From the NCBI GenBank assembly GCA_035285125.1, contig JAYKHR010000048.1, positions 96,001-160,000 on the forward strand: a stretch of 64,000 nucleotides of DNA. The letters run 5' to 3'. Shown here in pieces: positions 39,425 through 51,782 of the stretch. The notes below the pieces were generated by a model that saw only the letters and a list, made by a program, of their open reading frames with translations, was not told where the DNA came from and did not search any database. The DNA comes from Candidatus Sericytochromatia bacterium (GTDB lineage Bacteria; Cyanobacteriota; Sericytochromatia; S15B-MN24; JAQBPE01). A program made the position numbers and the translations under genes. Within the stretch, counting starts at the first letter, position 1; every line of letters starts with the position of its first letter.

Positions 39425-41764
39425 TCAGGGCGCCACGCCGGCCGGCTGCTTCTCGTCTGCGTCGGCCGGTGCTGGCAGCATGTTCGGCCACCAGTTCCAC
39501 CGCCCCACGATCGCCATGAAGCTGGGAACCAGCATCACGCGAATGATCAGGGCATCGAGCACGATCGCCACGGCGAGCCCGAACCCCAGCATCTTCGTCA
39601 GCACGACGGAGGCCGCCACGAAGGCGCCGAACACCAGCAGCATGATCCACGCCGCGTTGGTAATGATGCCGCCGGTGGCAGCCAGGCCAGCGGCCACGGC
39701 GCGGTCGTTGTCACCGTCGATCATGTACTCCTCCTGGATGCGGCTGAGGAGGAAGACCTCGTAGTCCATCGAGAGCCCGAACACCAGACAGAAGATGATG
39801 ATGGGGATGGGCACAAGGATGTTGCCGGGCGGGTCCGGGTAGCCGACCAGCTGGCTCAGGAACCCGTGCTGGAAGACAAGCACCAGCGCGCCGAAGCTGG
39901 CAGCCGTCGAGAGGGCATTCATGGCCAGGGCCTTGAGGGGAATCACCACGGAGCGGAAGGACCAGGCCAACAGCGCGAAGGTGACGCCGAAGACGACGGC
40001 GACCACTGGGCCGAGGTTCGACAAGATGGCGTGCTCGAAATCGTTGTTCACGGCGGCAGGCCCGCCCACGGCGACCTCGAAGGCGTCGAACCCAGGGGTC
40101 TTGGACCAGTCGCGTTCCTCCAGGCCCCGCACAAAAGCCTTGATGTCGCCATACTTGGCATCCGTCCGCGGCACGAACTGGATGACGGTGGCCGAGGCAT
40201 CCTGGCTGAGCATCAGCGAGACGCTTTCAGGAAAGCGTTCCCGAAGCCTGCGCACGTCACCCTGGTACATCAGCTGGCTCATCATCAGCAGCCGCCCGGC
40301 GTAGGCGACGATCGAGCGCACCTCCTTGAGCACGGGCTCCTGCTGGACCTCCCGCACCAGTCCGCCGAGGGCCTGCAACGACCTGGCGTCCGTGATGGGC
40401 TTCCGGTCCTTGCGCCGCACCATCAGGTGGATGGGGTACACCTCGCCGGCCTGCCCGATCGCCTCCATGGCCCGCAACCCCTGTCCTGAGTCCATATCGG
40501 CGGGCAGGAACTTGGAGTCGAACTGGCCGAACACCACCGTGAAGGCCGGAGCGGCCAGCAGCAGCATCAGCGCCGTGCCGACGAGCAAGAACCGCACCGG
40601 GTGCTGCATCACCAGCCGGGCCCAGCGGAGCCAGAGCTCGCGGTGGTCGAGGTAAGCAGCCACCCAGCGCGAGAAGCCACGGGGCCAGTCCACCCGGGGC
40701 CCGAGCCACCCGAGCAGGGCGGGCACGAGCGTCAGCGAGAGCGTCACGGCCGTGAGGACCGTCAGCGAGCCAGCTGTCGCAAGTGACGTGGTGTCGATCA
40801 GGCGGGGGATGAACAGGGCCAGGAAGCCAATCATCACCGTCAGGCCGGAGTAGAGCACCGCCAAGCCGGAGGTCGCCACCGTCTCGGCCACGGCCTCCGC
40901 CACGGGATCATCCGCCGCACCATGCTTCTCGAGGGCCTCGCGGAAGCGCGTGACCATCAGCAACGCGTAATCGATGCCGATGCCCAGCCCGATCATCGCC
41001 GTGATGTTCTGGGCCAGGGACGACAGGTTCATGTGCTGCCCGACCAGATACAGCAACCCGAGCGTCGTCACGGAGGCAAGCACCCCAAGCAGCACCGGGA
41101 TTCCAGCCGCAGCCACCGCGCCGAAGGCGAACATCAGAAAGGCCAGCGCGATCGGCAGGATGCGGCGCTCGGCCGTGGCGGTGTCCTTGCCGATCATCCG
41201 CGTGGCGTCATAGCCCAGGACGATCTCTCCCGTCAGGTGCGCCTCGAGGCCCGGCACGGTCGCGCGGTGGCGGGCGACGGCCGCCTGCAGCATACCCCGC
41301 ACCATCGGAACGCGCTGCTCGGCGCCCAGGATGCTCTTGGCGTCGATGCCGACGACGATGAACGTGCTGCGACCGTCAGCGCTCTTGAAGCGCTCGTCCT
41401 GGCCGTCCAGCCAGCTGCGGGTCCGGGTGACGAAAGGCCGCCCGTTCAACTCGCCTTGCAGGTCGCGGAGCAGCGCCGCATAGGCGTCGTCACCCACGTC
41501 GGACGCGGTGCTGGCCAGCGTCACGATGAAGGGATACCGGTAGGGGCTCGCGAAATCGGTCTCGAGCCAGGCCTGGGCGCGGGCTGAGCTGCTGTTGGGG
41601 ATGCCGGAGGCGCTGCCCCTCAGCACGTCAGGCGCTCGCACCGCGCCGAAGGAGGCCAGCAGCACCACGACAAGCCAGGTGACGATGACGGCCGTGCGGT
41701 GGCGATGGATCCAGGCACCGAAGCGATGGAATCGCTCCGCCGTGGCGTTCGTTCCCAGGTTCAA
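39425..41764 (-). CDS. MMPL family (RND-like) transporter
   Basis: GLGIGIDYALLMVTRFRE, FGLSMDYEVFLLSRIQE, TGGIITNAA, GRWNWWP. Confidence 0.92.
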   Translation of the reverse strand: MNLGTNATAERFHRFGAWIHRHRTAVIVTWLVVVLLASFGAVRAPDVLRGSASGIPNSSSARAQAWLETDFASPYRYPFIVTLASTASDVGDDAYAALLRDLQGELNGRPFVTRTRSWLDGQDERFKSADGRSTFIVVGIDAKSILGAEQRVPMVRGMLQAAVARHRATVPGLEAHLTGEIVLGYDATRMIGKDTATAERRILPIALAFLMFAFGAVAAAGIPVLLGVLASVTTLGLLYLVGQHMNLSSLAQNITAMIGLGIGIDYALLMVTRFREALEKHGAADDPVAEAVAETVATSGLAVLYSGLTVMIGFLALFIPRLIDTTSLATAGSLTVLTAVTLSLTLVPALLGWLGPRVDWPRGFSRWVAAYLDHRELWLRWARLVMQHPVRFLLVGTALMLLLAAPAFTVVFGQFDSKFLPADMDSGQGLRAMEAIGQAGEVYPIHLMVRRKDRKPITDARSLQALGGLVREVQQEPVLKEVRSIVAYAGRLLMMSQLMYQGDVRRLRERFPESVSLMLSQDASATVIQFVPRTDAKYGDIKAFVRGLEERDWSKTPGFDAFEVAVGGPAAVNNDFEHAILSNLGPVVAVVFGVTFALLAWSFRSVVIPLKALAMNALSTAASFGALVLVFQHGFLSQLVGYPDPPGNILVPIPIIIFCLVFGLSMDYEVFLLSRIQEEYMIDGDNDRAVAAGLAATGGIITNAAWIMLLVFGAFVAASVVLTKMLGFGLAVAIVLDALIIRVMLVPSFMAIVGRWNWWPNMLPAPADADEKQPAGVAP

Positions 41765-41831
41765 GGCAGGCCTCCGCGCCGCCCGCAGGGGCGGACGCCT
41801 ATCTTACCACAGCTGGCAACCGCAACGCCGC

Positions 41832-42608
41832 TCAGCTGTTGCCGTTGGCGGTCTGACCGAGCACCCGCCGCACGTACGCCTGGGTCTCGGGGAAGGGTGG
41901 CACGCCCCCGTAGCGAGCCACGGATCCTGGGCCCGCGTTGTACGCAGCCACGGCCCGCGTCAGGTCGCCGTCGAACGTGGCGATCATCCGGGCCAGGTAC
42001 CTGACGCCTCCGTCCAGGTTCTGGCGGCCGTCGTACGGGGCCTCGACGCCGAGCTCGGCCGCCGTGCCGGGCATCAGCTGCATCAGGCCCATGGCCCCAG
42101 AGGGGCTCGTGGCCTGCGCATTGCCGCCCGACTCCTGCTGCACGACGTTGGCCACCAGCCAGGCAGGCACGCCGTGGCGGGCGGCCGCCTCGGCGATCGC
42201 CGAGCGCCATGGGGCGAGCTCGCGGGTCTCCAGCGCGCTCGCCGCGGCCGTCGGCGCGGGCAGGCCCCCCAGGGCGTCGGCTCCCACCCCCCACATCGCG
42301 GGGGCTGCCGGGCTGGGCACCGGCGCCGAGGACGCGGCGAGGGCCTCCACGGGAGCCGCAGGCAGCCCCGCCACCCCCACGGGGCCGGCCGCCCCGGCGG
42401 CCGCCACGGGCAGCCCCCCACGCCCCGCAGCTGGCTGCAGCGCCGCGTGTAGCGCGGCCTCAAAGCTGTTCTCCAGGGCCTGCTCGACGGCCCCGAAGGC
42501 CGCCTGCACCTGCCCGGTGCGGGAGGCCGCCCGCAGCAGCGCATCGGCCTGCCGGGTGAAAAGGGCAGGCTGCCGGAGGGCGTCGCCCAGGGGGAGTTGG
42601 TGTGACAT
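41832..42608 (-). CDS. Lytic transglycosylase (SLT domain)
   Basis: QQESGG, SGAMGLMQLMPGTA, AAYNAGPG, PPFPETQAYVRRV. Confidence 0.92.
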   Translation of the reverse strand: MSHQLPLGDALRQPALFTRQADALLRAASRTGQVQAAFGAVEQALENSFEAALHAALQPAAGRGGLPVAAAGAAGPVGVAGLPAAPVEALAASSAPVPSPAAPAMWGVGADALGGLPAPTAAASALETRELAPWRSAIAEAAARHGVPAWLVANVVQQESGGNAQATSPSGAMGLMQLMPGTAAELGVEAPYDGRQNLDGGVRYLARMIATFDGDLTRAVAAYNAGPGSVARYGGVPPFPETQAYVRRVLGQTANGNS

Positions 42609-42817
42609 AACAACATCCTCTCAACCCCCAGCTTACACCACAGCGTTGGTGATCACACGGGTGACGCCCCCGCTCGGTGTCGCAGCCCCGCAGCCCCCCC
42701 CCTCAGCGCGCAGAGGCACGAGAGGGACCTCGCACCGGAGAGTACGCCCGACGCGCTGCCCAGCGCGACCCTCGGCGGAGAGCGACCAGGGCCGTTCCAA
42801 CCTGAGAGGCCAGCCCG

Positions 42818-44692
42818 TCAGGGCGAGAGGGCAGGCGGCGCCACGCTGGCCGCCAGGGTATCGTGGATGGGATCGATGCGCAGCCCCAATGGCCGATCCG
42901 GGCTCTGCAGGACGAACCGCGTCGCCTCGCTGGCAAGGTCGACCTCGTACACGCGCGGACGGCCAGCCGTGGTCAGCACCAGCGGGACCCTGAGGGCAAA
43001 GGCGGAGCGCTCCTGCACCAGGCGCCCGCGCACGACCCAGCCCTTGCGGCCCTGCTCGACGGAAAGCCCCTCCAGCGTGAGCCGAGGCCGCCCGGCCGTG
43101 TCCAGCCACTGCGAGAAGAACCGCCCCAGGGGCACCCCTGCGGCCCGCTCCCCGACGCGACGCACGTCGCTGATCCGCAGCGGCCCCGCTGCGGCGGCCC
43201 CGTAGCAGTCTGCCAGGAGCCGTGCGAAGGCTGGGTCCCCGAGCCTGCGGCGCAACATGTGCCAGACCATGACCCCTTTGTCCTCTGTGAGGCGCCGCCA
43301 CGTTTCCTCGTCGGAGCCTCGCTGCGCGGCTGAGATGGCCACGTCGCCCGCGCTGCCGGCCAGGGTGTCGTAACGCCTGTAGGCCGCCAGCAGGGGCTCG
43401 CGCAGGCCGGCGGCCCCGCTGCGCCGCACGGCAGTCAAGGCTGCGAGGTAAGACGGCAGGGCTTCGGTCAGCCAGGCGACCTCGCCGGGTCGTCCCTCCG
43501 CCTGCCGCCTGCTTACCACCGCACCCGCCACCGCCCGTGCGGCTTGCCAGGGGCGCAGCTCGTCGTTGCGCAGGGTGTCGGTGTCCAGTCGCGTGAGCCC
43601 GCCGGCACCCGACACCGGGCTGCCCTCGGCGAAGGCGAGCCTCGCCACCGGGAACCCACCAAGCAGCTCCCCGAGGTCGACAGCAGCCTGCCAGGCCTCC
43701 TGCGTCAGCCGAGCTCCCTCAGGCGCGAGGGCCTCCCGGGTCCAGGCCTCGACGCGCGGCTCGCTGTCGACCAGCGCCACCTGCGGCCAATCGCCGAGCC
43801 AGAGCGGCCAGGGGGCTCGGCCCGTGTCTACCACGTATCGGTAGAGCCAGCCGTCCGGGAAGCGCCGAGGCTCCACCGCCTGCCCGGGAGCCAGCGCGGC
43901 CCACCCGACGGGGGCCATCACGGCCAGGTCCCAGGCACCTTCGCCCCCGGCTGCCTCCGGCAGCTCGGGGAACCAGCGCGCCTCCCCCGGGAGCGCCCCA
44001 TGGCGGGGCACGTTGCCCAGCACCGGCCCGTCGCCCTCCCACCGCAGCGTGAGGACAGGCCGCGCCTCGCCTGCTGCCAGGCCGACATAGAGCCACTCGC
44101 CTTGCTGGGTGAAGCCGAGGCGCTGCCCCGCCTGGGCCACCTCCAGCAGCCGCGTGCCCTGCCCCAGCCGGGCAAACAGGCGCCGGTCCGGGCCGGCGAG
44201 CTCCAGCGCAACCTGCAGCTCGCCTCTCAGCCTGCCCGGCTCACGCAGGTCGAGGTTCAGCGCCCGGCTGACCACCCGCGCATCGAGCCGCGCCGTGGGC
44301 AAGGGGTCCCCGATGGTCCAGCCCTGCCCCCGGGCCCAGGCCTCCACGGGGAAGGTCGCCGTGGCAGGGGCCTCCCCCGGAGCACGGGCCTCCAGCGCCA
44401 GCAGCCCGCCCATGGCGCGGGCGTCGGCATAGAAGGGGCTAAACGAGACCCGCCAGTCAGCCCGACGGGCGCCCTGGGTGGCGCTGGCCCGGGCCTGATT
44501 CGCCACCCAGGCCGTCACCGGCCCCGCAGGGGGCAGCAAGGGCCGAAGCCGGGCGGGCTCAGCCCCCTCCAGCGCAGCCTCCAGCCGGGCCGCCAGCACC
44601 TCGGCCGCAGCGGCCCCAGGCACCTCGGCCGCTGAGGCGCCACGGGAAGCAGCCAGGAGCCCCACGAGCGAGAGCAGCCACCAGCGCCGCAT
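42818..44692 (-). CDS. Secreted M1-aminopeptidase-fold protein lacking HEXXH
   Basis: Signal peptide; WLTEALPSYLA and KGVMVWHMLRRRLGDPAF...FFSQWL match M1 flanks; HEXXH position reads RAVAG. Confidence 0.65.
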   Translation of the reverse strand: MRRWWLLSLVGLLAASRGASAAEVPGAAAAEVLAARLEAALEGAEPARLRPLLPPAGPVTAWVANQARASATQGARRADWRVSFSPFYADARAMGGLLALEARAPGEAPATATFPVEAWARGQGWTIGDPLPTARLDARVVSRALNLDLREPGRLRGELQVALELAGPDRRLFARLGQGTRLLEVAQAGQRLGFTQQGEWLYVGLAAGEARPVLTLRWEGDGPVLGNVPRHGALPGEARWFPELPEAAGGEGAWDLAVMAPVGWAALAPGQAVEPRRFPDGWLYRYVVDTGRAPWPLWLGDWPQVALVDSEPRVEAWTREALAPEGARLTQEAWQAAVDLGELLGGFPVARLAFAEGSPVSGAGGLTRLDTDTLRNDELRPWQAARAVAGAVVSRRQAEGRPGEVAWLTEALPSYLAALTAVRRSGAAGLREPLLAAYRRYDTLAGSAGDVAISAAQRGSDEETWRRLTEDKGVMVWHMLRRRLGDPAFARLLADCYGAAAAGPLRISDVRRVGERAAGVPLGRFFSQWLDTAGRPRLTLEGLSVEQGRKGWVVRGRLVQERSAFALRVPLVLTTAGRPRVYEVDLASEATRFVLQSPDRPLGLRIDPIHDTLAASVAPPALSP

Positions 44693-45360
44693 CAGCGCGC
44701 CTTGTCCTCCACGGCCTCGTAGAGCTGAACCGAGCGCTGAAGCTCGGCCAGGGATTTGTCCTTGTAGCCCTGCGCCAGGTAGGACCGCGCCAGCATGGCG
44801 TGGCCCTGCGGCGTGTCCGCCAGCTGAAGGTGCCGCAGGGCGTAGTCCACAGAGCGGTCGTACCACTTCATCTGGAAGCAGGCCTGCGCGAGGTCGTAGT
44901 ACACCGGCGCCAGGGAACGCCCGGCGTTGAGGCGGACCATCCCCTCCAGCACCCAGATGGCCTCGGGGTGGCGCCCCATCCTCAGCAAGGCGTGGCCCCA
45001 GAGGGCCTGCACCTCAGGGTGCCTGTTGTCGACTTTGAAGCCGCGCTCCGCCGTGGACGCGGCCTGAGACCACCGCCGAAGCCGGCCAAAAACCACACCG
45101 AGCCTGTAGATCGCTTCCACATTCGTGGGATCGGCCTGGATCGCGGTCTGGTAGGCCAGGATGGCCGCTTCGTGCTGCCCGGCGTCGAACAGCGCCTGGG
45201 CACGGGCCAGGACGTCGGCGGGCCTGCGCCCGGGCTGTCCACCCGCAGAAGGCGGCTCGACCCACTCGTCCGCAGCGGCCGGGGCGCTGAGGGCGCCCCA
45301 GAGGCAGAGGACCAACAGGGCTCGCGCGCTGGCACGGCCTTGAAGCCTGGCGTCCACCAC
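44692..45360 (-). CDS. Secreted tetratricopeptide repeat protein
   Basis: Signal-like N-terminus; repeated TPR helices (AILAYQTAIQADPTNVEAIYRLG); stop overlaps the next start. Confidence 0.8.
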   Translation of the reverse strand: MVDARLQGRASARALLVLCLWGALSAPAAADEWVEPPSAGGQPGRRPADVLARAQALFDAGQHEAAILAYQTAIQADPTNVEAIYRLGVVFGRLRRWSQAASTAERGFKVDNRHPEVQALWGHALLRMGRHPEAIWVLEGMVRLNAGRSLAPVYYDLAQACFQMKWYDRSVDYALRHLQLADTPQGHAMLARSYLAQGYKDKSLAELQRSVQLYEAVEDKAR

Positions 45361-45458
45361 TCCTCCTCCGCCGCCTCCTCGCGGCGCCTGCCCATCACGA
45401 CCTCAAGCCTACACCAGCGGCCCTGCCCGTGCCGTGACCGACGCAGCCGCCGGCGTGA

Positions 45459-46369
45459 TCAATCGACGACGTACCCGAGGCGCTTGAGCTGCAAGCGATC
45501 CCGTCGCCAGTTCTTCAGGACCTTGACCCAGAGCTCGAGGAAGACGGGGCCCCCGAGCTGGCCCTCGATCTGGCCGCGGGCGGCCTGTCCGATGGCCTTC
45601 AGGCGGGTGCCCCCATCCCCGATCACGATGCCCTTCTGGCTATCCCGCTCCACAAAGATGGTCGCCGCGATGCGCACCGGGCTGCCAGACTCGTCGAACG
45701 TGTCCACCCGGACGGCGACGCTGTGGGGGATTTCCTCCGAGGTCTGGCGCAGGATCTGCTCGCGGATGAACTCGCCCGCCAGCACCCGCAAGGTCTGGTC
45801 GGTGGGAACGTCCTCCTCGTAGTAGCGAGGGCCCTCGGGCAGCCGCTCAGCAATGGCGGCGAGCAACGACTTGGTGTTGCGTCCCGTGCGGGCCGAGACG
45901 GGCACCACCTCGACGAAGTCCCCGAGGGCGCGGTAGCTGGCGAAGACGTGCTCTGGCACGCGCTGCACCCGATCGACCTTGTTCAGCACCAGCAGCGTCG
46001 GCCGGTCGGAGCCCGCCAGCAGCTCGGCGATGAACGCGTCGCCCTTCCCGGCCACCTCCTGGGCGTCGACCACGAGCACACGTACATCGACCTGTCCGAG
46101 CACGTCGGTGGCAGCCTTCACGATCGACTCGCCGAGCAGGTGGTGCGGCTTGTGGATACCTGGGGTGTCCACGAACACGATCTGGGCCTCGGCCGTGGTC
46201 ACCACGCCGTGAATGGCGTGGCGGGTCGTCTGCGGCTTGTCACTGGTGATGGCGACCTTCTGCCCGACAAGCCGGTTGACCAGGGTGCTCTTGCCGACGT
46301 TCGGCCGCCCGACGATGGCGACGAACCCGCTTCGAAAGAGTGCCGGGACGGCCGGCTTCTCACGCCGGC

Positions 46370-46373
<4 letters not shown>
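45459..46373 (-). CDS. era: GTPase Era
   Basis: GRPNVGKSTL, KPQTTR, DTPG, NKVD, KH domain SQKGIVIG. Confidence 0.96.
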
Positions 46374-49897
<3,524 letters not shown>

Positions 49898-50019
49898 ATC
49901 GCTCCTTGCAGGGCACCGCTCCAGACGTAGAGCGACCGAAGGCCCCGCGGCCAATTCACGAAACGATCCTCAGTATAGCACAGCGCCGCCGCCGGACCGG
50001 CCGAGCGGGGCCCTGGACC

Positions 50020-50448
50020 TCAGGCCTGGGGAAAGACCGGCGGTTCGAGGCCTGCAAGGCGAAAAATCTCGTTGTCGAAGGCATCGGCGTGGTTCACCAG
50101 CGTCTCGACGGCGGTGCGGAACTCGCTGAAGTCGAGGTCGGCCACGGGCAGGTCGATCATGGCGAAAACCTGCCCATCATCCAGCACGCAGAACTTGGTG
50201 AGGGGCACGAGCGCGTTCAGCCTCAGCAGGTGCTCGTAGACGGCGAACCGGCGAGCTTCCGGCACCGGTGGGCAGACGGGGCTGCGAAACGACACCCAGC
50301 CAGGCTCATCGGCCGACACAAACACGTCGTGGAGCTGGATGTCGCCCTGGAAGAAACAACGCCACAGGCCTTCGTCGATGGCCTCGAAGGGCCATTCCAT
50401 CGCGATGAAGTACTGGTCGATCAGGGCCTTGGCGTCGGGCACGGGCAT
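50020..50448 (-). CDS. YbjN/CesT-like chaperone-fold protein
   Basis: 142 aa, acidic; YEHLLRLNALVPLTKFCVLDDG...LDFSEFRTAV. Confidence 0.65.
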   Translation of the reverse strand: MPVPDAKALIDQYFIAMEWPFEAIDEGLWRCFFQGDIQLHDVFVSADEPGWVSFRSPVCPPVPEARRFAVYEHLLRLNALVPLTKFCVLDDGQVFAMIDLPVADLDFSEFRTAVETLVNHADAFDNEIFRLAGLEPPVFPQA

Positions 50449-50498
50449 TCCTCTCTGCTTCCAATTGCCAGGGCTGCGGCTGCTCCGCTGCAGCAACC

Positions 50499-51782
50499 CT
50501 ACGGATGCCCGATTGTAGCGGAGTGGTCTTGCTTGGACAACTTCCGACCTTGGCAGCCACAGCGGTGGGCCGGGGCGAGCCACCGGTCGCAGGCCGGACA
50601 GCCCGCGCCACACCCACTGCAAACCTGCCGCCCACAACAGGCGCAGGCCACCAGGTGCGCCCGGCAGCAGGGGTGCCCCGTGGCGCAGCCCGCGCTGCAG
50701 CGCTGGCAGAGGCGGGCGCCGCAGCATCCGCAAGCGACCAGCTCAGCACCGCAGCAGGCGGCCGCGCAGACGTGGCAAGGTGCCTGACAGGCCGCACAGA
50801 CCAGATGCCCGAATGGGCAGAGGCCCAGGGTCCCGTCAGCACGGCCGCATCGCTCGCAGGGCGGCCATGCCACGTCCCCCGAGGCGAGGTCCTGCCACGC
50901 CGCCACCTCTCGGGCCACCGAGCCCGCCGACAGCCGCCAACGCCAGCGCTTGCCGGGCGACACCACCAAGGCGTGACCCACCACCCGTACGAGAACACGC
51001 AGCCGGTGCCGCTGCGCCTCGGACGCGAGCCTGCGCGACAGCTCGGCGCGCACGTCGTGGCGCGCGGCCTCCCAGGCCGCCAACGCCTCACGCTCTGCCT
51101 GGCCGGGCTTGCGACGCAGGGGTAGCTCGGCCTCCAGCTCAGCGTGAAACGCCACCAGCCGCTGCTCCACGGTGGCGAGCCGTTCCGCGGCAGACACCTC
51201 GTGCCCCGTCGCAGCCTGCTCCGCATGCGCCCGGGCCAGGTGCTCCGCGCGCGCCACCCCCTCCGCGAGCGCAGGCAGTCGGTGGGCCGCCTCGGGGCCA
51301 GGCAGGTCTTCCAGGGCGTCCTGCTCAGCCAGCCACGCCAGGGGTGCCTCCCAGCTCCGCCCGGCCTCGTCGAGCGCCACCGACCAGAGCACATCCAGGC
51401 GCTCGTCCGTGAGAAACGAGAGGCGAAAATCATACACCCGCGCCACGCGGTCAGCGGCCTCGGGTGCCATCGCGCGGACGTCGGCACCCCAGGAAGCCAG
51501 CGAGACCGGTGCCCCGGGCCCTGGCCGGCGGCGGAAGGCTGCACAGCGGCCGCGGGGTCCCAGGTGGGCCACCATCGCGTCGAAGACGCGCCCGCCCGGC
51601 ACGACGGTGTCGGCCTCCCCCTCCCCCGCCCCGCCAAGGCTCAGCCGGAGCGGCGACGTGCCGAAAACGGCCTGCAAGTCCTCCGGCAGGTCAACCTCGA
51701 CCACCCCCGCCCCAAGGGGCCGCAGCGCCGCGCCGTGCGCAGCAAAGAAGGCCTCGGCGAAGCGGGCTGCATCACCCGCCAC
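50499..51782 (-). CDS. YqhG-like protein with large Cys-rich C-terminal domain
   Basis: FAEAFFAAHGA...VEVDLP N-terminus, coiled region, about 26 Cys in the last ~120 aa; GTG with GGAGG RBS overlapping the helicase stop. Confidence 0.6.
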   Translation of the reverse strand: MAGDAARFAEAFFAAHGAALRPLGAGVVEVDLPEDLQAVFGTSPLRLSLGGAGEGEADTVVPGGRVFDAMVAHLGPRGRCAAFRRRPGPGAPVSLASWGADVRAMAPEAADRVARVYDFRLSFLTDERLDVLWSVALDEAGRSWEAPLAWLAEQDALEDLPGPEAAHRLPALAEGVARAEHLARAHAEQAATGHEVSAAERLATVEQRLVAFHAELEAELPLRRKPGQAEREALAAWEAARHDVRAELSRRLASEAQRHRLRVLVRVVGHALVVSPGKRWRWRLSAGSVAREVAAWQDLASGDVAWPPCERCGRADGTLGLCPFGHLVCAACQAPCHVCAAACCGAELVACGCCGARLCQRCSAGCATGHPCCRAHLVACACCGRQVCSGCGAGCPACDRWLAPAHRCGCQGRKLSKQDHSATIGHP

